Program-made: the position numbers and the translations under genes
Notes under the pieces: model-generated
Told to the model about the DNA's origin: nothing
Databases searched by the model: none
Seen by the model: only the letters and a program-made list of their open reading frames with translations
Source: an uncultured bacterium
GTDB taxonomy: Bacteria; Fidelibacterota; Marinisomatia; Marinisomatales; Marinisomataceae
Direction of reading: 5' to 3'
Length of the DNA: 64,000 nucleotides
NCBI GenBank assembly: GCA_943841495.1
Contig: CALSYL010000003.1
Span: forward strand, 208,915-272,914
In this document: piece after piece, positions 17,736 through 28,248 of the stretch
Numbering within the stretch: position 1 is the stretch's first letter
How the letters are laid out: each line of letters begins with the position of its first letter

Positions 17736-20273
17736 ATGAAAAGTTCACAAATTAGAGAGTCTTTTATCAGCTTTTTTGAAAGCAAAAATCACAAGCGTGT
17801 TCAAAGTGCGCCTGTATTGCCAATCGGAGATAAATCATTATTGTTTACAAACGCTGGAATGAATCAATTCAAATCAATTTTTTTAAATACTCAAGAGCCA
17901 ACAGATCTTCGAATAGTTAATAGCCAAAAATGTATTCGTGTTAGTGGAAAACATAATGATTTAGAAGAGGTTGGGAGAGACGGATTTCATCATACTTTTT
18001 TTGAAATGTTAGGTAATTGGTCATTTGGTGATTATTACAAGAAAGAAGCTATTGAATGGTCATGGGAGCTTTTAACAGAAGTTTGGAAGCTTGATAAATC
18101 AAAATTATGGGTTACAGTTTTCGAAGAAGACGATGAAGCATTTGATTTATGGAAAAATTGTACAGATATTAATACTGAAAGAATTATAAGGTCAGGAGCC
18201 AAAGACAATTTCTGGGAAATGGCTGAAACAGGACCGTGCGGTCCTTGTTCAGAAATACATTATTATGTAGGTGAAGATGTTGATAATCAAAAAGCTGAAA
18301 TGGTAAATAATTCACCTGAATATTGGGAGCTTTGGAATCTAGTGTTCATACAATTCAATAGATTGAAAGATGGAACAATGGAAGACCTTCCAAAAAAACA
18401 TGTAGATACAGGAGCTGGTTTAGAGCGAATATGCTCAGTTTTGCAGAATAAAGATTCTAATTATAAAACAGACCTATTTTCAGCCACAATTAATGATTTA
18501 GAAAAATTTTCAGACACTACATATAAAGATTTTGAGATTACTTATAATGTCATTTGTGATCATATTCGTATGTTGTCATTTGCTATTGCTGATGGTGTAA
18601 TACCTTCAAATGATGGAAGGGGGTATGTTGTTAGAAGAGTGTTAAGAAGAGGCTCAAAATTTGCTATGAATTTGAAAAGCAATGAACCATTGTTGTATAA
18701 GTTGGTTGATTCAGTTGTGAGTACAATGTCAAATCATTATCCAGAGCTAAAAGAAAAACAGCAATATATTGAACAAACAATTTTAAGTGAAGAAAATGCA
18801 TTTTTGAGAACGCTCGAAAAAGGTGTTATGCAATTTGAAAGAATAGTTGAAAATACTTCTTCAGATAAAATTAAAGGCAAAGATGCTTTTAAGTTATATG
18901 ATACATATGGTTTTCCTCTAGATTTAACTGAAATGATGGCTGAAGAAATTAATAAAAAAGTGGATGTAGACGGTTTCAACAAAGAAATGCTGAAACAGCA
19001 AACTTTAGCTAAAAGTGGCCAAAAGTTTATAATGGATAACAATGATATTAAATGGGAAATGGTTTCTGATGAGAAGCATTCTAGGTTTGTTGGATACAAT
19101 GATATGGAAATATCTGCAAAAATAGTTAATTACGCTTTTAATGGAGATAATATAATTTTAGTTCTAAATGAAACTCCTTTTTATGCAGAATCTGGTGGTC
19201 AAATTGGAGATACTGGATTGATTACAAATAACGATTTTACCGTTAACGTTGAAGACACTAAAAAAAATGGAGATTTTATCCTCCACATTTGTAGTATTAA
19301 AAGTGGATCTATCGGTAAAAATTTAAATGTAGATTGCAGAATAGATATTAATAGAAGAGCTGATATTAAGTTAAATCATTCAGCAACACACTTGCTTCAT
19401 CAAGCTATTAAAGATGTATTAGGCGATCACGTTAATCAAGCAGGTTCTTTGGTTCACCATGAATATCTTAGATTTGACATAACGCATCCCAATAAAATTT
19501 CAAAAAATGATTTAAACGCGATTGAAGATATTGTAAACAAAAAAATTAAAGAAAAAATAAATGTAGAAACAAAAATCAAAAGCCTTGAAGAAGCAAAGAA
19601 AGAGGGAGCAACTGCATTGTTTGGTGAAAAATATGGCGATAAAGTAAGAGTATTATCAATGGGTTCATATTCAATGGAGTTGTGTGGTGGTACTCACGTT
19701 ATGAACACAGGAGAAATTCAAAAATTCAAAATAAAACATGAAAAAGCTATTTCTACTGGAGTAAGAAGAGTACATGCTATTACAAATAAGCATGTAGATC
19801 TTTATTTACAAAAGAAAACAGAAGAGTTATCCCTTCAAGATCAGGCTCATCAGAAAAAAGAATTAGAACGAAAAAATCAAATAATGCTTCTAAATGCCGT
19901 GGATATAGAGTCAATTATTAGAGATAAAATTTCTTTTAATGATATTAATTTCTTGATAGCAGAAGTAAATTTAGGGTCAGCTGGAGATTTAAGGGAAATT
20001 AATAAAAAAGTCAGAAGTAATTTTACTTCTGGGTTAGTTTGTCTATTTACTGAGATTGAAGACAAAATAACTCTCTCAATTGGCGTATCAAATGATTTGA
20101 TTAAAAAATCAATTATTGCAGGAGACTTAGTAAAAGATATAGCTCTGAAACTTGGAGGGAGTGGTGGCGGAAGAGAAGATTTTGCAATGGCTGGAATTTC
20201 CTCAAAAAATTCTACTGAAAAAATTAAAGATATAATAAAAAATACAATTACAATTATTTTGGAGAAAATATAA
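17736..20273 (+). CDS. alaS: Alanine--tRNA ligase
   Basis: FTNAGMNQFK, WNLVFIQFNR, the HSATHLLH editing-domain motif and a C-terminal DHHA1-like GGGG region. 845 aa. Confidence 0.95.
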   Translation: MKSSQIRESFISFFESKNHKRVQSAPVLPIGDKSLLFTNAGMNQFKSIFLNTQEPTDLRIVNSQKCIRVSGKHNDLEEVGRDGFHHTFFEMLGNWSFGDYYKKEAIEWSWELLTEVWKLDKSKLWVTVFEEDDEAFDLWKNCTDINTERIIRSGAKDNFWEMAETGPCGPCSEIHYYVGEDVDNQKAEMVNNSPEYWELWNLVFIQFNRLKDGTMEDLPKKHVDTGAGLERICSVLQNKDSNYKTDLFSATINDLEKFSDTTYKDFEITYNVICDHIRMLSFAIADGVIPSNDGRGYVVRRVLRRGSKFAMNLKSNEPLLYKLVDSVVSTMSNHYPELKEKQQYIEQTILSEENAFLRTLEKGVMQFERIVENTSSDKIKGKDAFKLYDTYGFPLDLTEMMAEEINKKVDVDGFNKEMLKQQTLAKSGQKFIMDNNDIKWEMVSDEKHSRFVGYNDMEISAKIVNYAFNGDNIILVLNETPFYAESGGQIGDTGLITNNDFTVNVEDTKKNGDFILHICSIKSGSIGKNLNVDCRIDINRRADIKLNHSATHLLHQAIKDVLGDHVNQAGSLVHHEYLRFDITHPNKISKNDLNAIEDIVNKKIKEKINVETKIKSLEEAKKEGATALFGEKYGDKVRVLSMGSYSMELCGGTHVMNTGEIQKFKIKHEKAISTGVRRVHAITNKHVDLYLQKKTEELSLQDQAHQKKELERKNQIMLLNAVDIESIIRDKISFNDINFLIAEVNLGSAGDLREINKKVRSNFTSGLVCLFTEIEDKITLSIGVSNDLIKKSIIAGDLVKDIALKLGGSGGGREDFAMAGISSKNSTEKIKDIIKNTITIILEKI

Positions 20274-20701
20274 TGCAATTTCAAAAAGTAAAAAATTCAT
20301 ATATAGTGCATGTCGAAAAAGGCGAAAAGGTTGTCGAATCGTTAACAAACTTTTGCAAGCAAAATAATATTCATTCAGCTCAGCTTGCAGGTATAGGCGC
20401 AGTAAAGAATATTGATATTGGAGCATATGATATTGATACAAAAGACTATATCCATAGAGTTTTTGATGAAATTTTAGAATTATTATCTTTTCAAGGCAAT
20501 ATTGCTTTAAAAGATGGAGAACCTTTTTTGCATGCACATATTACTTTAGGTAATCATGATATGGAAGTATTCGGCGGACACCTGTTTGAAATGGAAGTGG
20601 CAGCTGTTGGAGAGTTTATTATTCACGACTTTCAAAATGAAACCCATAGAAAATTAAATGAAGATATTGGACTTGCAACGTTAAGTCTATGCAAAATATA
20701 A
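20273..20701 (+). CDS. PPC (DUF296) domain protein
   Basis: 142 aa. ...GIGAVKN...LSFQGNIA...PFLHAHITLGNHDMEVFGGHL... fits the PPC/DUF296 pattern. Confidence 0.7.
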   Translation: MQFQKVKNSYIVHVEKGEKVVESLTNFCKQNNIHSAQLAGIGAVKNIDIGAYDIDTKDYIHRVFDEILELLSFQGNIALKDGEPFLHAHITLGNHDMEVFGGHLFEMEVAAVGEFIIHDFQNETHRKLNEDIGLATLSLCKI

Positions 20702-20711
20702 GGAGAAAAAA

Positions 20712-21074
20712 ATGTCAGAATTCAAATCACCTAATCCTGTTGGACCATATTCAATGTTCAGAGAGCTTGCATCTGGAGGTTGGATTAGCTCAGGACAAAT
20801 ACCTATAAATCCTGAAACAGGAGAACTAAATAACGATTCAATTCAAGAAGAAGTCCTTCAAGTTTTTAATAACTTGGAAGCAGTATTATCTGATAATGGG
20901 AAATCGATAAACGATGTTAAAAAGTTTTTAGTTTTTTTAACTGACTTATCCATTACACCTTTAGTTAACGCCGAAATAGAAAAAAGATTAATTGAGCCAT
21001 TTCCTGCAAGATCTACAATACAAGTTGCAGGATTACCAATGGGAGCCAATGTAGAAATAGAATGCTTAGGATAA
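20712..21074 (+). CDS. ridA: RidA/YjgF-family reactive-intermediate deaminase
   Basis: VGPYS...SGQIPINPETGEL...VFLTDL...ARSTIQVAGLPMGANVEIE. AGGAG RBS upstream. Confidence 0.85.
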   Translation: MSEFKSPNPVGPYSMFRELASGGWISSGQIPINPETGELNNDSIQEEVLQVFNNLEAVLSDNGKSINDVKKFLVFLTDLSITPLVNAEIEKRLIEPFPARSTIQVAGLPMGANVEIECLG

Positions 21075-21493
21075 TAACTTTCAACTTTATTTTTGTTATT
21101 TTTTTTACATCTATAACTTTAGCTCAACAAAAAGTAGACTTTAGAACACCAGAAGAGCAGGCAAAAAATCCAAAGATTGCTCTTAAAAAATCTTTAACAT
21201 TTCCTGGAATGGGTCAAATTTACAATGATCAAAAAATAAAAGGATATTCGTTGATTGCTGCAGAAATATTTTCCTTATGGAGCTTTAATGAAAACAGAAA
21301 AAAACATAAAAACTATTCAGAAAGTGATGCAAAATCACAAGATTATTATTTAAGAGAGAGAAATCGTTTTGCTTGGATGGCAATTGGGTTGTACTTTTAT
21401 GGAATACTAGATTCTGTTGTTGAAGCACATCTAGATAATTTTGATGAAATAGTCAAACAAAGCGATCCAATAAAAATTGAGGGGAATCAATGA
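21062..21493 (+). CDS. DUF5683-like membrane protein (FCB-group type)
   Basis: Signal/TM N-terminus, then SLTFPGMGQIYNDQKIKGYSLIAAEI, which resembles the PGLGQIYN motif I associate with DUF5683. Confidence 0.55.
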   Translation: MLRIITFNFIFVIFFTSITLAQQKVDFRTPEEQAKNPKIALKKSLTFPGMGQIYNDQKIKGYSLIAAEIFSLWSFNENRKKHKNYSESDAKSQDYYLRERNRFAWMAIGLYFYGILDSVVEAHLDNFDEIVKQSDPIKIEGNQ

Positions 21494-22887
21494 AAAATAA
21501 CAGAGAGCAATGGAGTTCAAAGGCAAGTTTTATTTTAGCTGCTGCTGGTTCAGCAGTTGGACTTGGAAATATATGGAAATTCCCTTACATAGCTGGCGAA
21601 AATGGTGGTGCAGCTTTTTTATTTATTTATTTAATTTGTATCCTGTTAATTGGTTTACCTATTTTAAATATTGAGATTCTACTTGGTAGAGCTACTAAAA
21701 AGAATCCTGTAGGCGCATTTAAAACCTTAACAAATAATCCTTTTTGGAAGTATGTTGGTGCGCTTGGAGTGTTAGCCAGTTTTACTATTCTTTCTTTTTA
21801 TAGTGTTGTCGGAGGTTGGTCACTAGCGTATACTTACGAAGCTTTAATTGGAACTTTTAACACTCCTTCTTTTAATAATCCATCAACTGCAGGTGAGTTC
21901 TTTAATTTAAAAAATAGTAGCCCTTTGTGGGTTTTGGGCTACCATACACTATTTTTATCTATTGTAGTTTTAATCTTGCTTTCAGGGGTGCGAGCAGGGC
22001 TTGAGAAAGCTAGCAAATTCCTCATGCCAATATTATTATTTATTATATTAATTTTGGTTGTTCAAGGGTTGATTTTGCCAGATGCAAATAAAGGAGTGTC
22101 TTTTCTTTTTCAACCTGATTGGTCAAAAATTAATGGTCAAACAATATTATTAGCATTAGGTCACGCATTTTTTACTCTAAGTCTTGGAATGGGAGCAATG
22201 ATGACTTATGGAAGTTATTTATCAGATAATGATGATATCGTAAACGCTTCTTATTTAGTGGCATTTCTAGATACAGTTATTGCTATTCTTGCTGGCGTTG
22301 CAATTTTTACAGTTGTTTTTTCTTCAGGATATGATCCTACCGCGGGTCCTGGTCTAGTTTTCCATGTTTTACCACCTTTGCTTTCAGATCTTGCTGGAGG
22401 TTACTTTTTTGCTTTGCTTTTCTTTTTATTGCTATCAATTGCAGCAGTTACTTCTGGAATATCCATTTTAGAAGTAAGTGTTGCTTATTTAGTTGATGAA
22501 AAACAATATTCAAGGAAAAATGCAGTTCTAACTATGGCAGCTATGGTTTATCTTGCAGCGATTCCTTGCGCGCTATCATTTAATCTATTGTCAGATTTTA
22601 CATTTAGTTTTCAAGAAAAAGCATTTACATTTTTTGATCTTGCAGATTATTTAGCATCAAATGTATTGTTACCATTTGGAGGATTTTTTATAGCGGTATT
22701 TGCAGGTTATGTCTGGGGAATTGATGAAGTGATAAAAAATCTATTAATTGGAGAGTCAAATTCCATTTATTTTGGAAATACAGTCTTTAAAAATCAGAAA
22801 TTTAAATCTTTTTTCAATTTTACAGTAAGATACATATGTCCCATTCTAATATTCCTTGTATTTTTGTATTCAATTGGCTGGATTTAA
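21490..22887 (+). CDS. Sodium-dependent neurotransmitter/amino-acid symporter (SNF/NSS family)
   Basis: WSSKASFILAAAGSAVGLGNIWKFPY N-terminal signature. 465 aa, about 11-12 TM helices. Confidence 0.9.
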   Translation: MKNNREQWSSKASFILAAAGSAVGLGNIWKFPYIAGENGGAAFLFIYLICILLIGLPILNIEILLGRATKKNPVGAFKTLTNNPFWKYVGALGVLASFTILSFYSVVGGWSLAYTYEALIGTFNTPSFNNPSTAGEFFNLKNSSPLWVLGYHTLFLSIVVLILLSGVRAGLEKASKFLMPILLFIILILVVQGLILPDANKGVSFLFQPDWSKINGQTILLALGHAFFTLSLGMGAMMTYGSYLSDNDDIVNASYLVAFLDTVIAILAGVAIFTVVFSSGYDPTAGPGLVFHVLPPLLSDLAGGYFFALLFFLLLSIAAVTSGISILEVSVAYLVDEKQYSRKNAVLTMAAMVYLAAIPCALSFNLLSDFTFSFQEKAFTFFDLADYLASNVLLPFGGFFIAVFAGYVWGIDEVIKNLLIGESNSIYFGNTVFKNQKFKSFFNFTVRYICPILIFLVFLYSIGWI

Positions 22888-22892
22888 AATAG

Positions 22893-23651
22893 ATGATTAA
22901 AAAGTTTTTTCCTGTTGAATCAAAGCAATTTAATTTACTTGAAAAAGCATTCAACTCGTTCAATAAAGATACAATTGATAGGTTGGAAATGTTTTTTCCA
23001 ATGTGGTGCATGATTGCATTCCAGCATTACCTAATGAAATCTTATGATATAGCAATATTTAGATTAATGAGTATTGATTCAAATAAGAGCTATATATTTT
23101 CTTTAATTGCTGAAGATTTGTTTGGGGTGGTTAATATTATTATCCACACTTTTTTATTATTATGGTTGATGAATAAATTTGATTTTTTTGGACCTTTTAG
23201 AGCTGTTAAAACAGATTTTCAAACAAATTTTTTATTGTTTTTAGTGTTTTATTCATTGTTAAGTATAATAATTTTTGGAAAAATGATGTTTGGACTAATT
23301 TTAATGTTATCCATTTTATATTTTATTTATAGATCTGATAGTTTTTTGAGTAGAGTTGTTAGCCTTGTCTTCACATTAATTGCTATGATTTTTTCAATTA
23401 ATATGAATGAACCTATTATTGCCTCATCTGCAGCAATCTATTTGCCAATTTTAATCATTTCTATGTTTTTAAAATCTCAAGAAATAACAGCAGTTCTTCA
23501 AAAATATCTCTTATTAATTATATTTATTTTTATATCTACAAAAGAACTATGGTTTGGATTTATCGGACTTGCATATTTAGTATTTTTCAATATGTACTAT
23601 TATTTTACTTATAAGAGCAAGTATAATTGGCTTAAGTTAGACGTAGCTTAA
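22893..23651 (+). CDS. Hypothetical polytopic membrane protein
   Basis: 252-aa ORF with more than 6 hydrophobic segments, 5 nt downstream of the SNF gene. No family recognised. Confidence 0.55.
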   Translation: MIKKFFPVESKQFNLLEKAFNSFNKDTIDRLEMFFPMWCMIAFQHYLMKSYDIAIFRLMSIDSNKSYIFSLIAEDLFGVVNIIIHTFLLLWLMNKFDFFGPFRAVKTDFQTNFLLFLVFYSLLSIIIFGKMMFGLILMLSILYFIYRSDSFLSRVVSLVFTLIAMIFSINMNEPIIASSAAIYLPILIISMFLKSQEITAVLQKYLLLIIFIFISTKELWFGFIGLAYLVFFNMYYYFTYKSKYNWLKLDVA

Positions 23652-23771
23652 TAATCTGCTGGTTTTTTTTATCTTTATTATTAAATTGTCCAATGTTGAC
23701 CTTAATAAAAACTTTTTATTCAAAAAAGTTAGCTATACAAACCATTCCTCATTTTGCGTCCGGAGATAATT

Positions 23772-25235
23772 ATGTCAAATAACATTGAAAAAAAATTAAC
23801 ATTTGATGATGTTTTATTGGTTCCAAGAAAGTCATCAATTTTGCCAAAAGAAGTAGATTGTTCTACTCAGCTGACTAAGAAAATTTCTTTAAATATTCCT
23901 GTTATGAGCGCAGCAATGGACACCGTAACTGAATCTGATATGGCAATTGCTTTAGCGAGACAGGGTGGAATTGGAGTAATCCACAAAAATTTAAGCATTG
24001 AAGAACAGGCATTAATGGTCGATAAAGTCAAAAGATACGAAAGTGGTATGATAAGAAATCCTATCACATTAGATGAAAATAAGACCGTTAGGGATGCCAA
24101 GCAGTTGATGGAACAATATTCAATTGGCGGACTACCAGTGCTATCAAATAATAAATTAGTTGGTATAATAACAAAAAGAGATATTCGTTTTGAATCAAAC
24201 TTAGATACCTTGGTTAAAGATAGAATGACATCAAAAAATTTAATAACTGTAACCTCTATTGAGAGCAATGATCAAGCAAAAGAAATTCTTCAAAAACATC
24301 GTATTGAAAGATTATTAGTTGTAGATGAAAATAATAACCTTGATGGATTGATTACAGTTAAAGATTTAACAAAAAAAGAAGAATTTCCCTATTCAACAAA
24401 AGATAAAAATGGAAGATTGAGAGTTGCAGCCGCAATAAGTGTTCGCGATGATTGGAAACAAAGAATTTCTGCTCTTGTTGAAGTCGGTGTTGATGCAATT
24501 GTAGTAGATACTGCCCATGGACATTCTCAGTTTGTTTTAGATTTGGTTTCAGAAATTAAAAATGAATTTCCAAACTTAGATTTAATTGCTGGAAACGTTG
24601 CTACTCCAGAAGCTACAGAAGATCTCATTAAATCTGGAGCTGATTGTGTTAAAATAGGTATAGGTGCAGGATCAAGTTGTACTACAAGAATTATTGCCGG
24701 AGTAGGCGTTCCTCAACTTTCTGCAGTTATTGACTGCGCTGAAATTGGATTCAAATATGATATACCGATAATTGCTGATGGTGGCATAAGATATAGTGGA
24801 GATGTTGCAAAATCGCTTGCTGCTGGTGCAAATGTTGTAATGCTTGGTGGCATGCTTGCAGGAATGGATGAAAGTCCTGGAGAAACTATAGTATATGAAG
24901 GTAGAAGATATAAATCATATCGAGGAATGGGTTCTTTAGCTGCTATGAAAGAAGGTGGAGGAGAAAGATACTTTCAACAAGAAAAAGATGAATTAAAACT
25001 TGTTCCAGAAGGCATTGAAGGTATGGTACCTTTTAGAGGTCCAGTAAATAATGCTATCTTTCAACTTATTGGCGGTTTAAAGTCATCAATGGGATATTGT
25101 GGTGCTAAAAATTTAAAATCCTTTCATAAAAATAAAAAGTTTATTGAAATATCATCAGCAGGAGTTAAAGAAAGTCATCCACACGAAGTAAGTATTATAA
25201 AGGAAGCCCCAAATTATCAAGGGCATGATAAATAG
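23772..25235 (+). CDS. guaB: IMP dehydrogenase (with CBS pair)
   Basis: [19 protein letters not shown], the catalytic-Cys loop [11 protein letters not shown] and [12 protein letters not shown] lies 8 nt upstream of the ATG at 23772; the track start at 23754 is less likely. Confidence 0.95.
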   Translation: MSNNIEKKLTFDDVLLVPRKSSILPKEVDCSTQLTKKISLNIPVMSAAMDTVTESDMAIALARQGGIGVIHKNLSIEEQALMVDKVKRYESGMIRNPITLDENKTVRDAKQLMEQYSIGGLPVLSNNKLVGIITKRDIRFESNLDTLVKDRMTSKNLITVTSIESNDQAKEILQKHRIERLLVVDENNNLDGLITVKDLTKKEEFPYSTKDKNGRLRVAAAISVRDDWKQRISALVEVGVDAIVVDTAHGHSQFVLDLVSEIKNEFPNLDLIAGNVATPEATEDLIKSGADCVKIGIGAGSSCTTRIIAGVGVPQLSAVIDCAEIGFKYDIPIIADGGIRYSGDVAKSLAAGANVVMLGGMLAGMDESPGETIVYEGRRYKSYRGMGSLAAMKEGGGERYFQQEKDELKLVPEGIEGMVPFRGPVNNAIFQLIGGLKSSMGYCGAKNLKSFHKNKKFIEISSAGVKESHPHEVSIIKEAPNYQGHDK

Positions 25236-25493
25236 TTATTTACTTAAAGAATTTAAGTAATTAGTAATTTTTGATTTCTGTCTAGCTGCGTTATTTTTAT
25301 GAATAACATTCTTGCTTGCCATTTTATCTATAAAAGACACTGCATCCGCGTAATGTACATCGGCAGATTTTTTAGATTCTGCAGTTAGTACGCTTTTAAT
25401 CAAAGTACGCATTCTGGATTTGTTTTGAGAGTTGATAGCTCTTCTTTTCAAATCCTGTCTATCTCTTTTAATTTGTTGTTTATGTCTATCCAT
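25236..25493 (-). CDS. rpsT: 30S ribosomal protein S20
   Basis: Basic 85-aa protein, KQQIKRDRQDLKRRAINSQNKSRMRT... Abuts convergent guaB with no spacer. ATG at 25493 preferred over TTG at 25508. Confidence 0.85.
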   Translation of the reverse strand: MDRHKQQIKRDRQDLKRRAINSQNKSRMRTLIKSVLTAESKKSADVHYADAVSFIDKMASKNVIHKNNAARQKSKITNYLNSLSK

Positions 25494-25585
25494 AAAATGT
25501 GGTTGCAACTTATTCTATAAAGCAATAGATGTCAATAATTTTCTAATTTGATTATTGTTTTAAGTTTTATCGTTTAAATTACGCT

Positions 25586-26527
25586 ATGTCGTCAAAAAAG
25601 CTTAAAGAAGTCGCAGATAAAGCAAAGAAAAATGATTTTATCTCTATTTCAGAATTAATGTCTGGAATAGAAAATAATATTTTTTCAAGAAAGCAGGTTT
25701 CTGAATATATCTTTAAAGAATCGCATGAATCGTTAAAAATTGGAATAACAGGACCTCCTGGTGCAGGAAAAAGCTCTTTAATGAATAAGCTAATTCCCTT
25801 GATTAGAAAAGCAGGTTTATCTGTTGGTGTTATTGCCATAGATCCATCAAGTCCAATTACTGGAGGATCTTTCTTAGGAGATAGAGTAAGAATAAATAAT
25901 GCAGTTAATGATGAAAATGTATTTGTTAGAAGTATGGGTTCAAGAGCAGAGCTTGGAGGAGTAACGGAATTAGCTGAAGACTTTAGTGATATTTTAGCCT
26001 TTAGCGGAAAAGATATAATTTTTATAGAGACAGTTGGAGTTGGTCAATCTGAATATAGTGTTTCTGAAATAACTGACTTAACTGCCTTAGTTTTTGTACC
26101 AGAATCAGGAGATGAAATTCAGCTATTAAAAGCTGGAATCCTAGAACTCGCTGATATATTTGTTGTTAATAAATCGGATAGAAAAGATTCTAATTTGTTA
26201 GTCAAATCTATTAATAATATTATTTCATCAACCAAAAAAAATATTAAAAAAATCCCAATTTTTAAAACCAGTTGCAAAACTGGCAACGGGTTAGATATTT
26301 TCGCAAATGCGATTGTTGAATATTATAATTCAATGAAAGAAAATGAAGATATTCAAAACAGACAAGCAGTAAGATATAGCAGGAGAATTAAAACAATAAT
26401 TGAAAAAGATATTTTAAAAAATTTTTGGAGTGAAAATAGATTATCTTTATTAGAAAAAATTGATAAATCTTCTATTAAAATGAAATCACCATATAAAATT
26501 GTTGACGAAATTAAGGGGGAAAAATGA
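25586..26527 (+). CDS. MeaB/ArgK-type G3E-family GTPase
   Basis: GITGPPGAGKSSL P-loop, FIETVGVGQSE and VNKSD motifs. No mutase gene nearby. Confidence 0.8.
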   Translation: MSSKKLKEVADKAKKNDFISISELMSGIENNIFSRKQVSEYIFKESHESLKIGITGPPGAGKSSLMNKLIPLIRKAGLSVGVIAIDPSSPITGGSFLGDRVRINNAVNDENVFVRSMGSRAELGGVTELAEDFSDILAFSGKDIIFIETVGVGQSEYSVSEITDLTALVFVPESGDEIQLLKAGILELADIFVVNKSDRKDSNLLVKSINNIISSTKKNIKKIPIFKTSCKTGNGLDIFANAIVEYYNSMKENEDIQNRQAVRYSRRIKTIIEKDILKNFWSENRLSLLEKIDKSSIKMKSPYKIVDEIKGEK

Positions 26528-27249
26528 CTCAACAAGACATGTCGATAGTGGATCATTTAGAAGAATTGAGATGGAGAATTCTCAAATCATTAGGATCTAT
26601 AGTTTTAATGTCCATTATAACTTTTAATTTTGCAAATTATTTAGTTGATATTTTGATACAGCCAGCTTTACAAATTAATTCTGATTTAAATCTACAAGTT
26701 TTGACAATCCAGGGAATGTTTTTATTGAAATGGAATCTTGCCATCATTGGCGGAATAATTTTATCTATTCCTGTGATTACAGTTCAAGTATGGAAATTTT
26801 TATCGCCAGGATTGTATGATAAAGAAAAAAAAATTCTTCTTCCTCTAATTTTAACAGCTTTTTTATGTTTTGTTTTAGGCGGCATGTTTGCCTATAAAGT
26901 AATATTACCATTTTCTTTAGATTTTTTTGCGTCAATGATAACTGCAGATATTCAAAATAATTTCTCGATTAATTATTATTTTAGTTTTGTGCTGTCTTTA
27001 ATGATTGGAGCTGGACTTATATTTGAATTACCTGTCGCATCTTTTTTATTTTCTTCAATTGGATTAATTAATCCGGAGTTTTTAAAGACATATAGAAGAG
27101 AGGCAATTGCTGTAACTGTTATTCTTTCAGCTATAATTACACCACCTGATCCTATCAGCTTAATAATAATGTCAATTCCAATGCTAATTTTATATGAGAT
27201 AAGCATTGCAGTTTCATGGTTTGCTAACAAACTATTTAAGAATCAGTAA
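26524..27249 (+). CDS. tatC: Twin-arginine translocase subunit TatC
   Basis: M..HLEELRWRILKS start, 6 TM helices, and the P.aL.FL and TPPD motifs (IITPPDPIS). ATGA overlap with the upstream gene. Confidence 0.9.
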   Translation: MTQQDMSIVDHLEELRWRILKSLGSIVLMSIITFNFANYLVDILIQPALQINSDLNLQVLTIQGMFLLKWNLAIIGGIILSIPVITVQVWKFLSPGLYDKEKKILLPLILTAFLCFVLGGMFAYKVILPFSLDFFASMITADIQNNFSINYYFSFVLSLMIGAGLIFELPVASFLFSSIGLINPEFLKTYRREAIAVTVILSAIITPPDPISLIIMSIPMLILYEISIAVSWFANKLFKNQ

Positions 27250-27251
27250 AG

Positions 27252-28247
27252 ATGAAGAAAATATTAATTATTAGAATGAGCTCTATTGGTGATATAGTTT
27301 TAGCGACATCATTTCTAGATTCAGTTAAAAAACAATATCCAAATTCATCCATTGATTTCTTAATTAAAAAAGAATTTTCTCCATTATTACATCATCATCC
27401 TCAAATTAACAATATTATTGAGCTTGATAAGTCAAAAGGTTGGAAAGGTTTAGTAAATTTAGGAAATCAGCTCAAGCATTCAGACTACGATCAGGTATTT
27501 GATATCCATAATGTTTTTAGATCAAAAATTTTATCTTTTTTTTTGAAAAAACAGACTTTTTTACAAATTAAAAAACCAAGATTAAAAAGATTTATGCTGT
27601 TCAATTTAAAGTTAAATTTTTTCAAAAAAGATTTTAGTCATATAAAGATGTATCACTCGATCTTAAAGGATAGCAACTCATTTCCAAGAACGTCACTACA
27701 GGTTTCCAGTGACGAACTTAACAAGGCAAAATTATTTTTGAAAAGTATAGGAGTAGAAAACAAATTTATATGTATTGTTCCTGGAGCAGCCTGGAAACAG
27801 AAACAACTTCCAGTAAATAAATATAACGAACTAATTGATTTACTTAATCAAAAATTTGAATTTAAGATTATTTTATTAGGTTCAAAAAATGACACAATTT
27901 GCGATGAAATAAAAATAGATGATAACGTATTTAATTTAAAAGATAAAACATCGCTTAGAATGGCAATGAGTATTTTATCAATATCTGAGCATACATTTGG
28001 AAGTGATACGGGACTTTTGCATGCTTCTGAGGCTTTAAATACTCCTGTTTCAATGATATTAGGGCCTACTTCTATGGAAACTGGGGCAGGCGTTAATCAT
28101 CCAAATTCTAAATTATTTGAGAAAAATAATCTTTGGTGCAGGCCTTGTTCACAAAATGGCAAGAGGCCTTGCATAAGAAAAGAGCAATACTGTTTAACAG
28201 GAATAAATATCAATAAAATAGCTGAAACATTTCAAAAAGGATATTGA
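27252..28247 (+). CDS. Glycosyltransferase family 9 (LPS heptosyltransferase-like)
   Basis: KILIIRMSSIGDIVLATSF N-terminus, GSDTGLLHASEAL and a C-terminal Cys cluster. Next to waaA. Confidence 0.8.
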   Translation: MKKILIIRMSSIGDIVLATSFLDSVKKQYPNSSIDFLIKKEFSPLLHHHPQINNIIELDKSKGWKGLVNLGNQLKHSDYDQVFDIHNVFRSKILSFFLKKQTFLQIKKPRLKRFMLFNLKLNFFKKDFSHIKMYHSILKDSNSFPRTSLQVSSDELNKAKLFLKSIGVENKFICIVPGAAWKQKQLPVNKYNELIDLLNQKFEFKIILLGSKNDTICDEIKIDDNVFNLKDKTSLRMAMSILSISEHTFGSDTGLLHASEALNTPVSMILGPTSMETGAGVNHPNSKLFEKNNLWCRPCSQNGKRPCIRKEQYCLTGININKIAETFQKGY

Positions 28248-28248
28248 T

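Noticed and set aside
25586-26527. The MeaB/ArgK GTPase as evidence for a methylmalonyl-CoA mutase system.
   Set aside because: No mutase subunit genes are adjacent. The neighbours are rpsT (divergent) and tatC (overlapping), so nothing in this window supports a pathway claim.
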